Virus record (IMG/VR): IMGVR_UViG_3300002307_000042
Location: 1-64,000 of that record
Source: a virus
Lineage: Duplodnaviria; Caudoviricetes
Length of the DNA: 64,000 nucleotides
Strand: one strand, 5' to 3'
This document shows, one piece after another, positions 18,174 to 27,000 of the stretch. Position numbers and translations under genes: made by a program. Every line of letters starts with the position of its first letter. Within the stretch, counting starts at the first letter, position 1. The notes under the pieces were generated by a model that worked only from the letters and a program-made list of their open reading frames with translations, was not told the DNA's origin and made no database searches.

Positions 18174-21100
18174 CCAGTTTCTTTCATCATGTTAGGATCG
18201 TTTGGTGAGAAGGATCCGCGATTGTGAATGGCTTTCACTTGATTAGGATTGAATATGACCCAAACTTCTCCTGATTTGGCATTACAGTCATTGGGTATAG
18301 CTTCTGCTATGATAGCCCCGTCGAACCCTAGCTTCTGTAGGTTTTCTACAAATTCAGCGCCTTCTGGTCCATCGAACAACTCCCAACGCACAAATTGATC
18401 AACATAGTAATATATTGAACGTAAGTCAATATTATTTTGTTTGAAGCCCTCTACAGTTTCTTCGTTGCTTAGCATACGAGAAAGGCTGTAGTCTCTTAGA
18501 TCAATAGGATTCTGCACAGACAAATAGACCGGTATAATTCTTCCGCCTGGTTTATATTCTCTAGTGTTTGGATCTTCTATAAATGTTTCAGCAAACTTTG
18601 GATCTACTGCAAAGAAAGAACCATGGCGCTCTACATCAAATGTCATGCCTAATACACTTGTAAAACCCTTCCCACTTGTTTGGAAGCTGTCAAAGTCTTT
18701 AGTTGTTGCGTGATAGAACACTCTTGGCTTATGTCCATCCCAAGCATGTGTGTGCTGTAACCAATTGTCTAGTCTTTTTTCTCTATGTTCTTTGTCATAG
18801 CCCGGGAATAACTCTTGCTGTTCTTGATCTTCCTTTAGTGTAGATGTTTTAGATTTGCCAAAGAAAAACGCATCACTTTGCGAACTTGCATTTTCACCCA
18901 AGCTTGCTCTTCCGATTTCCCATCCCTCGGGCTTTTGTATATAGATGAATGCCAGTGCGCCATCCGCTGTTGCTTTGTCAGGGAACATTAATGTTACTAA
19001 TCGCTCAAAGTCATTGCCGCGTCCCATTTTATACAGTGTTTTATCCGGAAACGAGGAACCGTCGTCAAACTCCAACCATGCAATATATTCATTATCATAT
19101 ACTACATCAGTAATGGTTTTTGGATTTAGAAATCCCCGAAGTTCAATAATATTCTCAGCAGTATGTGGTCTAACCTGAACTATGCTTAACGTATTACCTA
19201 CTTCCGGCTTAACCTTAGAACGTTGGTCGTACCGGGTAATAGCATTTTGGAAATCTAATAACTCCTTGATTTTCGGAGAAACGGTGTTTTCATCTACTCG
19301 CTCTAGCCAGGCAAGATTGTCTCCTAAATGATTTACTATTCTGGTACCATAAGTTTGTCGGCGATCTATTGCTTCTTGCTCAAAAAACCGTCGTAACTCC
19401 GATTCCTTTAAAGTGCATTTTTTGAACTTCCATTCGGGTAACTGCTCATCTTCTGCTAAAAATGATTTCCACTCTTTCATTAAGTTTTCTGCTATCTTAC
19501 CGTCTGCTCTAGCTTGGGGAGGAATACCTGCTCGTGATGTTTTCCAATTAAATGCCTTAGCGTTCTTTTTGATACTGTCTGGACGGACATCCTTTGTCAA
19601 TGCAGTCTTGAAGCGAGGATCACTCTTTTCCTTCTCACTTGGTATATACCCTGAGGCTTCTATTAAATCAGGTACATCAACTACCGAATGTCTGTGAGGT
19701 ATAATCTCAGACAGAGTGGCTCCGTATATATCCATCGGCATTAATGATTTTTCATTTTCCAGCATCTGACTGCTATGCAGTGACTCACTGATTGTTATTG
19801 AAGTGGGTCCCGGAACGAAGGTTTCTCTAGCATTTTCCCATTCTTTGAATAATGCACCGGGGTCGATAAGGGCACCGGTTTGGTCACGTAACTTAAATCC
19901 AGTAGTATCTCTTTTTGTTTGATTGAGCAACCAGGTGATGCCATCTGGTGTTAGGTTATCTGTTTTGCCCAAATGTATTTCTTGCCCTTTCAAATTTATG
20001 ATATATTGAAATAGATTGAATACTAATCCCTTGTTAAATTGAGAGATATTTTTCATGCCCTTCAGACAACCAGCTTGTAGATACACAAAAGCCTCTATTT
20101 TTGAATCATTAGCAAAGAAATAGATATTGTTTGGTCCCGAGGCAAATAAAAATACCGGTCTACTTCCTATAGTGCCGTCTTTAACAGAGTTGCTAATAAT
20201 TTGTTCATCGGTCAACGAAAGAGGACCCATTGCGTTAGAAAACCCAATTTCATCAAGTTGTCTTGATATTTCATTAACAGGTCCTGTTCTAACCAGCGTA
20301 GTAACAGAATAACTACCAGGACCTTTTTTCAAAGAGTTTTCGTCTGATGTCTTAATAGATTTTAGCTTATAGTTAGGTAATGCCTTAGCAGCCATTCTTC
20401 CCATAGTAGCGTATAACTTTACTCTGCTCGGTTCACTAGTAGATGCCTCAAACATGATATACTTAGGATTCAAAATAGATACCGCGTCTTTTACTATGTT
20501 GACTACTGTGCTTAGAACCTTGATAGAATCGCCGGTGCCGGTCAACTTTTCTGTTCCTGCGCCAGTGTCTTGCTTAACCATGTTGAAGTTTACTACTGCA
20601 ATATCTTTTCTATGCATTGCTACAGCAACATCATATAAGTTGCCTTCCTTAGTAGTAAACTCATACTCTAACTTCCAATCATTATGCTGCTTTAGCTTGT
20701 TGTATGGGTAAGGAGAATCCATCCATTCAGTTAGCTTTTCCTTGCTCAGAATATGATCTGGTGATTCTGCTACCTGGGTGGTAGGCTTGTCAAGAATATA
20801 GTTCATTGCGCGTTGCACAATATTCAATGGTTTTTCAACTTTTGGACTGTTCATTTCAGCCTCAAAAAACTTGTATGCTCTAGTGACTAAACGCTTATAC
20901 CTTTTCCCGTCTTTAGGTAAAAACTCTGCTATTCTGTTGTGGTCTAGCGTAACATTGATAAGTTCGTATAATCTTGTTTTTGAAAATACTCTGTCATTTT
21001 TCTTAATATCGGACAATGTCAATGATATGTTATACAGTGCTTCCTGAAATCTAGCATTTATCTCGTAAGGAAGTGTCGCATAAGCTCCTGTAGGGCGAAA

Positions 21101-22522
21101 CGCCTTACCTTTACTTTTATTATAATCAAGAGCATGTAATAACTCATGTGCTATAGTTTTAGCAATGTATCTATCTAATGAATAGCCTTTGCGTTTCGCA
21201 AACTTTACTAGTGCGGGATAATATAGATGTATTTCATTAGCATAGAAATTATACGCACCTACCGTGCCGCGTTCAAATCTATCTGCTTTATAGTCTAATA
21301 TAAACTTGAGTGTTTTTAAAATTTTAGACAAAACAGGGTCATTGGTTTCAGGAACACCCAATTCTGCTGCGGTAATACCATAAACTCCTAGCTTTAGTTG
21401 TTTCATGTCCGGGCCTAATACATTGGCTACTTTACCAAGCATTGAAGTATTTCTAGATGCCATTTTAGCAATGACCGATCCTGCCTTATTCGCTACTAGA
21501 TTAATGACCTGGCTTTCTTCGGTAGTTTCTGTTAATTGGTCTGTTTCTTCACTGAATATATTTTTAAACTTGCCTTTAAGACGATCCCATTCACCCTTCA
21601 ATGCAGATGCAGCCATTTGTTTTTCTTGTGCGGCCCTATCTATTTTAGATTGCAATGGGTCTACTTCATTTTGCAGTTCGTTAGGGTGTATGTTCCATAA
21701 TTTCATCATTCTATCAATAATAGTGGTGATAGTATTGATTTCTTCTTTAGTCCTGCCACTAGTATTTCTTAATTTATTGATTTTTAGTATCGCGTCTTCT
21801 CTACTAGTGGCTTCGTCTAAGCTAAGCTTTTCACTTTCAAGCTTACTTCGCAAATCATACAGTGCGTTTATTCCACCCTGTGTTCTTATTGCTTTGTATG
21901 CAAGGTTTTCTGGACTAAACTCTCCTCCCTTGTCTAACCCTGCTTGACGATATCGCCTAACAGTTGATATTGCTTTATTGATTCGGTCCAAGCTTTTGGT
22001 TTTTAGTGCAAGCTCAATGAAATCATTTAGACTTTCATACTTGTGTCTGGTTGAATCTTGGTCAAAGTTTGCTCTTGTTCTTTTAGGTGCCTTCAACCAG
22101 CGATCATGCAATAAGCTATATTCACCTAAACTTACCACAGGTTCATTACTATCTTGAACATAGCATTCAACAGGAATACCCCTTACAGTAATGTCTAAAC
22201 TGTCGTTGTATAGTGTTTTCTTAGCAGTGAATAATTCTTGGTATACTTCATTGTTCGGTAGTTGTCTAAAATCAACTACGATGTGCAAATCAATATCGCT
22301 GTGAGGAGTATAACTATAAGCCGCATTACTACCACTGATAGTAACGTCTTTAACTTTAAGATCAGTTAATCCTAAAAAAGAAACAAAGTCTTTGGCAATC
22401 AATAACAATTGTTCTTTAACTTCACCGTCAAGAACATGCTTATGCCACAATTTAGGATTAAGTTTGCTGTGAAACTTTATAGCGTCTGATAAGTTAAATG
22501 AGTCAAGTTCTGTAATATCCAT
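18170..22522 (-). CDS. 1450-aa polyvalent protein: Pol-beta-like nucleotidyltransferase, DUF2786-like helix, HExxH peptidase, further modules, C-terminal ADP-ribosyltransferase-like domain
   Basis: ISGSNA...SDIDLHIVVD; REDAILKINKL...MMKLWNI; IAHELLH...PYEINAR; FYHATT...GSFFA...PVYLSVQNPID...GFDGAI...EVWVIFNPNQVK...NRGSF. Confidence 0.85.
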   Translation of the reverse strand: MDITELDSFNLSDAIKFHSKLNPKLWHKHVLDGEVKEQLLLIAKDFVSFLGLTDLKVKDVTISGSNAAYSYTPHSDIDLHIVVDFRQLPNNEVYQELFTAKKTLYNDSLDITVRGIPVECYVQDSNEPVVSLGEYSLLHDRWLKAPKRTRANFDQDSTRHKYESLNDFIELALKTKSLDRINKAISTVRRYRQAGLDKGGEFSPENLAYKAIRTQGGINALYDLRSKLESEKLSLDEATSREDAILKINKLRNTSGRTKEEINTITTIIDRMMKLWNIHPNELQNEVDPLQSKIDRAAQEKQMAASALKGEWDRLKGKFKNIFSEETDQLTETTEESQVINLVANKAGSVIAKMASRNTSMLGKVANVLGPDMKQLKLGVYGITAAELGVPETNDPVLSKILKTLKFILDYKADRFERGTVGAYNFYANEIHLYYPALVKFAKRKGYSLDRYIAKTIAHELLHALDYNKSKGKAFRPTGAYATLPYEINARFQEALYNISLTLSDIKKNDRVFSKTRLYELINVTLDHNRIAEFLPKDGKRYKRLVTRAYKFFEAEMNSPKVEKPLNIVQRAMNYILDKPTTQVAESPDHILSKEKLTEWMDSPYPYNKLKQHNDWKLEYEFTTKEGNLYDVAVAMHRKDIAVVNFNMVKQDTGAGTEKLTGTGDSIKVLSTVVNIVKDAVSILNPKYIMFEASTSEPSRVKLYATMGRMAAKALPNYKLKSIKTSDENSLKKGPGSYSVTTLVRTGPVNEISRQLDEIGFSNAMGPLSLTDEQIISNSVKDGTIGSRPVFLFASGPNNIYFFANDSKIEAFVYLQAGCLKGMKNISQFNKGLVFNLFQYIINLKGQEIHLGKTDNLTPDGITWLLNQTKRDTTGFKLRDQTGALIDPGALFKEWENARETFVPGPTSITISESLHSSQMLENEKSLMPMDIYGATLSEIIPHRHSVVDVPDLIEASGYIPSEKEKSDPRFKTALTKDVRPDSIKKNAKAFNWKTSRAGIPPQARADGKIAENLMKEWKSFLAEDEQLPEWKFKKCTLKESELRRFFEQEAIDRRQTYGTRIVNHLGDNLAWLERVDENTVSPKIKELLDFQNAITRYDQRSKVKPEVGNTLSIVQVRPHTAENIIELRGFLNPKTITDVVYDNEYIAWLEFDDGSSFPDKTLYKMGRGNDFERLVTLMFPDKATADGALAFIYIQKPEGWEIGRASLGENASSQSDAFFFGKSKTSTLKEDQEQQELFPGYDKEHREKRLDNWLQHTHAWDGHKPRVFYHATTKDFDSFQTSGKGFTSVLGMTFDVERHGSFFAVDPKFAETFIEDPNTREYKPGGRIIPVYLSVQNPIDLRDYSLSRMLSNEETVEGFKQNNIDLRSIYYYVDQFVRWELFDGPEGAEFVENLQKLGFDGAIIAEAIPNDCNAKSGEVWVIFNPNQVKAIHNRGSFSPNDPNMMKETG

Positions 22523-22543
22523 ACTGTATTTATCAGTATGACG

Positions 22544-22963
22544 TTAGGAGGATAGTAGATTCTTTAAATACTGTTCTAACTCTTCGTTAGCTAGACGCTT
22601 TGCCATATTCTTTTGAATTTTAATATTCGGAGGTTGACCTGTGCCCATATCAGCATGAGTAAACACCCCATATAATTTAATATTAGTGGGATTTCTACCT
22701 GATAATTCGTATACGATACTAATATCTGGAGTTAAATGTGCTTTTAGTGCTTTAGGTAAATATTTTTTATATATACCGCTTGGGGAAAAAGGCTTGTCAT
22801 TTGAACCATATTGTACAAGTGGATTTGCAGCCTTAAAGTCAGTAAACTCTTTAATTTTTTGTAAGACGTTTGGTGTATCTTTAATAGCAGATGCTAAAGA
22901 TTCTTCCCATAATGGGCCATATTCAAAAACTACATTACTTGTATTTTTAGAGGGTGGCGCCAT
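22544..22963 (-). CDS. RelE/YafQ-like ribosome-dependent mRNA interferase candidate
   Basis: NDKPF...KAHLTPDISIVYE...IKLYGVFTHADM parallels the YafQ pattern DHxL...CHIxPDxLLIY...LxLxRxGSH; likely start ATG 22961-22963. Confidence 0.65.
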   Translation of the reverse strand: MAPPSKNTSNVVFEYGPLWEESLASAIKDTPNVLQKIKEFTDFKAANPLVQYGSNDKPFSPSGIYKKYLPKALKAHLTPDISIVYELSGRNPTNIKLYGVFTHADMGTGQPPNIKIQKNMAKRLANEELEQYLKNLLSS

Positions 22964-23147
22964 ACTTTTCTGCCATTTCAGCAAGATGCATATCAAATTC
23001 AGTGCTGGTCATAGGGCCAGACCAGGGACCATCCTTGCTCTTAGCAAGCTTAACAAGGTCTTTGGTCATAAGACCGGTATCGTTGTCAGCGTCAAACGCT
23101 TCAAAAAGTGCATTTTCGCTGGGTTCAAGAACTTCGTTGATTTTCAT
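22947..23147 (-). CDS. Small acidic protein, candidate antitoxin
   Basis: 66 aa, acidic, overlaps the RelE-like start by 17 nt; C-terminal WSGPMTSTEFDMHL. Confidence 0.55.
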   Translation of the reverse strand: MKINEVLEPSENALFEAFDADNDTGLMTKDLVKLAKSKDGPWSGPMTSTEFDMHLAEMAEKYGATL

Positions 23148-23176
23148 GAGAGTATTTATCCCTTCTTGATATAATC

Positions 23177-23205
23177 GTTATATCAAAAATGGGCAAGCTT
23201 GTCAA
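23177..23205 (-). promoter_or_regulatory. Sigma70-type promoter upstream of the toxin-antitoxin-like pair; a late box GATAAATA also lies at 23153-23160
   Basis: TTGACA-N17-TATAAC. Confidence 0.7.
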
Positions 23206-23263
23206 CCAAAAAATGAGGTGGGGAGATTCTGTTACGAGGCTCTCCCCTAGCCCTATGCTAACC

Positions 23264-23302
23264 TCAAGCGGCTAGAGCAAATGCAAAATCGTTATCGTTT
23301 GC
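23264..23302 (-). other. tmRNA proteolysis tag reading frame (A)ANDNDFAFALAA*
   Basis: GCA AAC GAT AAC GAT TTT GCA TTT GCT CTA GCC GCT TGA. Confidence 0.95.
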
Positions 23303-23396
23303 GTCTACTTTTATTTAGTCTATATGCGACCAACCAATCAGTCTAGGCTTTCCTATTCCGCGTGTATCGATTCCCAAATATCGTCCCCATCAACTA

Positions 23397-23475
23397 CACT
23401 GTCAGCAGGACTTGAACCTGCAAGCGTATTTCAGCAATCCCGTCAGATAGCGTTTACCAATTTCGCCATGACAGT
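23397..23475 (-). ncRNA. tRNA-like element (Leu-type D arm, canonical T arm, degenerate anticodon arm, no CCA) inside the tmRNA intervening segment
   Basis: ACTGTCA/TGACAGT acceptor stem, TG, GCG-AAATTGGTAAA-CGC D arm, GCAGG-TTCAAGT-CCTGC T arm. Confidence 0.8.
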
Positions 23476-23550
23476 GTAGATGGTGGAGACGGAGGGGTTC
23501 GAACCCTCGTGTACTCCGCTTTTATTGATAACCATCATCAACTAATAATC

Positions 23551-23581
23551 TATTTATACGCTAACATAATGGAGTTGTCAA
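23551..23581 (-). promoter_or_regulatory. Composite early/late promoter of the tmRNA gene
   Basis: TTGACA-N17-TATAAA, where the -10 box is part of the T4 late consensus TATAAATA. Confidence 0.8.
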
Positions 23582-23607
23582 GAAGTATTTTACTAAGTTT
23601 TGTAAAT

Positions 23608-23928
23608 TTAGTAATCTTGCTGATACCAACATCTTTGCGTGAAAATTGCACGACCGTCTTGATCTAACACGTAATTGCCATATCTATCCCTGATATAGAT
23701 ATTTCTACATACTAATGGTGCATACGGAGGACGCGGTTCTGAATAGCGTGGACGACGACTATCTGTTAAAATAGCACTAATTATTACACCACCTAACAAT
23801 GGCGCTACCCAATTATCTCTATGATGCTTTTCATAGTAATGATTCCCATAGTCATCATACGGATCAGCATATGCTGAGGTCGATAATACTATAGATAGCA
23901 ACGCTAGGATAGAACAAACTCTCTTCAT
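23608..23928 (-). CDS. Small secreted or membrane protein
   Basis: Signal peptide MKRVCSILALLSIVLSTSAYA, hydrophobic LLGGVIISAIL, Pro/Tyr-rich C-terminus; AAAGGAG RBS before ATG 23926-23928. Confidence 0.8.
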   Translation of the reverse strand: MKRVCSILALLSIVLSTSAYADPYDDYGNHYYEKHHRDNWVAPLLGGVIISAILTDSRRPRYSEPRPPYAPLVCRNIYIRDRYGNYVLDQDGRAIFTQRCWYQQDY

Positions 23929-24007
23929 AAACACTCCTTTGAACACATAGTATTACCTTTTTTGTATTAGTAAAGAAGTAATTTGACCATACTTTACTAC
24001 AATTTTA

Positions 24008-27000
24008 TCACTGCAATTTTGATAGAATTACTGTGATTTCATCAATCTTGGTAGTTTGTTGATCTATAATTCTTTGTTGTTCTTTAATTGCTTCAATTAG
24101 AAGAGGTATGATTTTGTCATAATGAACAGTCTTATAGTTCTCTCCTGATATACTATATTCATTTCCACTGTCGTCTTTACCAATATCGAATGGCGCAGGA
24201 ACAACAATTTCCGGTAGAACTTTTTCAATTTCTTGTGCGATAACACCAACTTGCTTCTTATCATCAGTATAACCATATGATGCCGCGATATCATTTGAAC
24301 GATAATACACACCGGAAACTTGCTTGATTTTGTCAATTGGATTTTCAATCGTGCCTTCAATATTCTTTAGTCGACCGTCTGAATAGTATGCAGTAATGTT
24401 GTTAGTTGCACGAATCTCGCCGGCAGTAGTTGACGCAGCAGTTCCTACACCAATTGAGTTAAACTGAGAGTTTTGTGTTGTGCTAGTAAATGTGGTAGCT
24501 GATCCGGCAGTAGTCGCAAATGTCGCATTAGCTACTGCTCCAACTACATTTGCACCTGCAACACTATTTGCAACATTTGCTGTTCCGGCAGTAGTCGCAA
24601 ATGTCGCATTAGCTACTGCTCCAACTACATTTGCACCTGCAACACTATTTGCTACACTTGCTGTTCCGGCAGTTGCAGCATTTAAATTAGCTACTTGGGT
24701 AGTTGAAGATACTACTAGCGGAGCGGTGCCAGTAGCAACAGTAGAAATCAACTGACCAGCAATATTCAATGCTGCGCTAACATTAGTGTTGGTTGCATTC
24801 AAGAAAATAGTAGCAGTGTTGGATACTGATTGAATTCTAATACCAGTGTTAGCATTTGCCCATGGAGCAATAGTTAGATTGGCATTACCTACAGCAGAGA
24901 TATTGCCAAAGTTAATAAGCGCATCATCTGCGCCGGTGAGTGCGTTATAAGACCCCGGCCCTGCTCTAGGAATTAAAGCAATATCTTGCGTGCCGTTAAC
25001 TGCTCTTATAAGTTTGATAACTCCTGCTACGTTCGAAGAATTAGTGGCTGTTAAATTACCGACGTTGGCATTGCCACTGATAGTTAGAGTAGTTGCGTTA
25101 ATCTCACCGGCTGTTCCCGACGGAGTAGTACCAACACCCAATGATGTAGTAACTCTAGCATTTCCTGCAACATCTAACTCGTAAGCAGGAATGGTAGTTC
25201 CAATACCTACATTACCTTGAGAGTTAATTCTCATTACTTCTACTGGAATTGCGCCGCCGGGATTAGTCTTAAATACAATCCTGCCTGGCACATTAGTGGT
25301 TGATACTGCGCCGTCTACTTGACTAACAATGTCAGCAGTACCTACGAATTTTGCACCATCACTACCTGAAAAACCAATTGCGCCAACAGTAGTATCCGCA
25401 GCAACAGCTCCGTGAACACCATATGTAGCACTATTACTCTTATTAAGCGAAAGATATGCACCGCCTGATAGAGCAGTTGAAGTGCTCCATTGACCAAGTG
25501 CTTGCCATGCAGTACCACCTGTTCCTGCATAACTCGTTCCTGCGCCAACTATTCCTGCTCCATAATTAGTTGAAAAACCAGGTAAATAGTATGAAGTAGA
25601 TGTGCCATCTGGAGTTGCAATGAGTCTATCTGTTAACGTTGTCACACCGCTTATGTATGCAGTACCGGTGATATTTGCACCAGTAGAAGTAACTACAAGT
25701 TCTGGAGTTGCGCCGCCGCTAGCATTTAAGCTGATATTTCCATTTGCAGGATTAATACTAATAGAACTATTACCATTAGCTAAATTACCTATAATATTAC
25801 CGGTGGTAATATTACCCGATACCGTTAGTGATGTTAATGTACCTAAGCTAGTAACATTTGGCTGCGCGGCAGTTGTTAGTGTACCGGTAAGCAAAGAACC
25901 TCGCACAGTTCCGCTGTTAGCATAAACGTTACCCGATACAGTATTTCCAGTGACAGTAGCGGATGTTAGTGTACCTAAACTAGTAATATTAGGTTGAGCA
26001 GCGGTAGTCAATGTACCTGTCACCAATGAACCCGATAAATTAGCTCCAATTATATTACCTGTTGCATTTAACGTACCGGTGATATTTGCGCCAGTAGAGG
26101 TTATAATCATAACATTAGCAGCGCCGGCAGAACTAAATGTTAGGTTTGCACTGTTTAGTACTGCGATATTTGAAGATCCGTTGCTTAGTGACCCAGTTGA
26201 AATAGTAGTGAATGTTAGGTTTCCGGCGCCATCAGTGGTAATAGACTGTCCGGACGTACCTCCAGTAATCTTTACATTGGCGATACTTCCTAAGTTTACA
26301 GTGCCTGCTGCCGTTAGTGATGTTAGTGTGCCCAATGAAGTGACGTTTGGTTGTGCAGCAGTTGTTAGTGTACCAGTAAGCAAAGAACCACGTACAGTGC
26401 CGCTGTTAGCGTAAACATTACCCGATACGGTGTTTCCAGTTACATTCAATGAAGTTAAAGTGCCTACACTAGTAATATTAGGCTGTGCAGCAGTTGTTAC
26501 TGTTCCGGCAGATAGAGCAGAAGTTGCCTCTAATGTTGATCCTGATGTAACAGTCCAAGCACCGGTAATAGTTCCCGTAGTAGCACTAGCTCCAGTTGTC
26601 AATGTCCTACTAGTTAGTGTAGTTTGCACATAAACATTCGGGACCCCGGTCGTTAGTAAAGTTCTTACGTTGCTATCAGTATATGAACCTGCAAAATTTA
26701 TAGCAACACCGTTAGCATAATAATAGTTGTCAGCTTTGATGCCGGCACCCGCTACATTAGGTACAGTAACATTTCCTCCAGTAACAATAAATGCATTACC
26801 AGTTACCCCACCACTTACCGTGTAAGTGCCGGTTATTGTACCCGGTGTACTTGCGCCTCCGGTTGTGATATTAGTTACTATCAAATTACCTGACGCAGTT
26901 AAGTTGCCACTTACGGTAGCATTAGCAGTAACCGTATTCGCTTGTACAGTAAGAGATCCTACGGTAGCAGCGCCCGAAACCGATAAATTACCAGGTGTTG

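Larger units (their letters stand above)
23214..23545 (-). ncRNA. ssrA: Circularly permuted (two-piece) tmRNA gene; outer ends approximate
   Basis: Acceptor piece ends GAGGG-TTCGAAC-CCCTC-CGTCTCC-ACCA (CCA end at 23481). Coding piece begins GGGGACG at 23388. The 7-bp acceptor stem has G3.U70 and discriminator A73. Tag ORF present; 3' stem GGGGAGA/TCTCCCC encloses GTAACAGAA and is followed by a T-tract. Confidence 0.95.

Noticed and set aside
23397-23475. Calling this element a functional tRNA-Leu
   Set aside because: No 5-bp stem with a 7-nt anticodon loop can be formed, the discriminator is G rather than the Leu-type A, and there is no CCA. Kept as tRNA-like only.
25823-26443. Duplicated fibre segment as a diversity-generating retroelement template/variable pair
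   Set aside because: Differences are synonymous rather than adenine-specific, both copies are in the shaft, and no reverse transcriptase is in the window.
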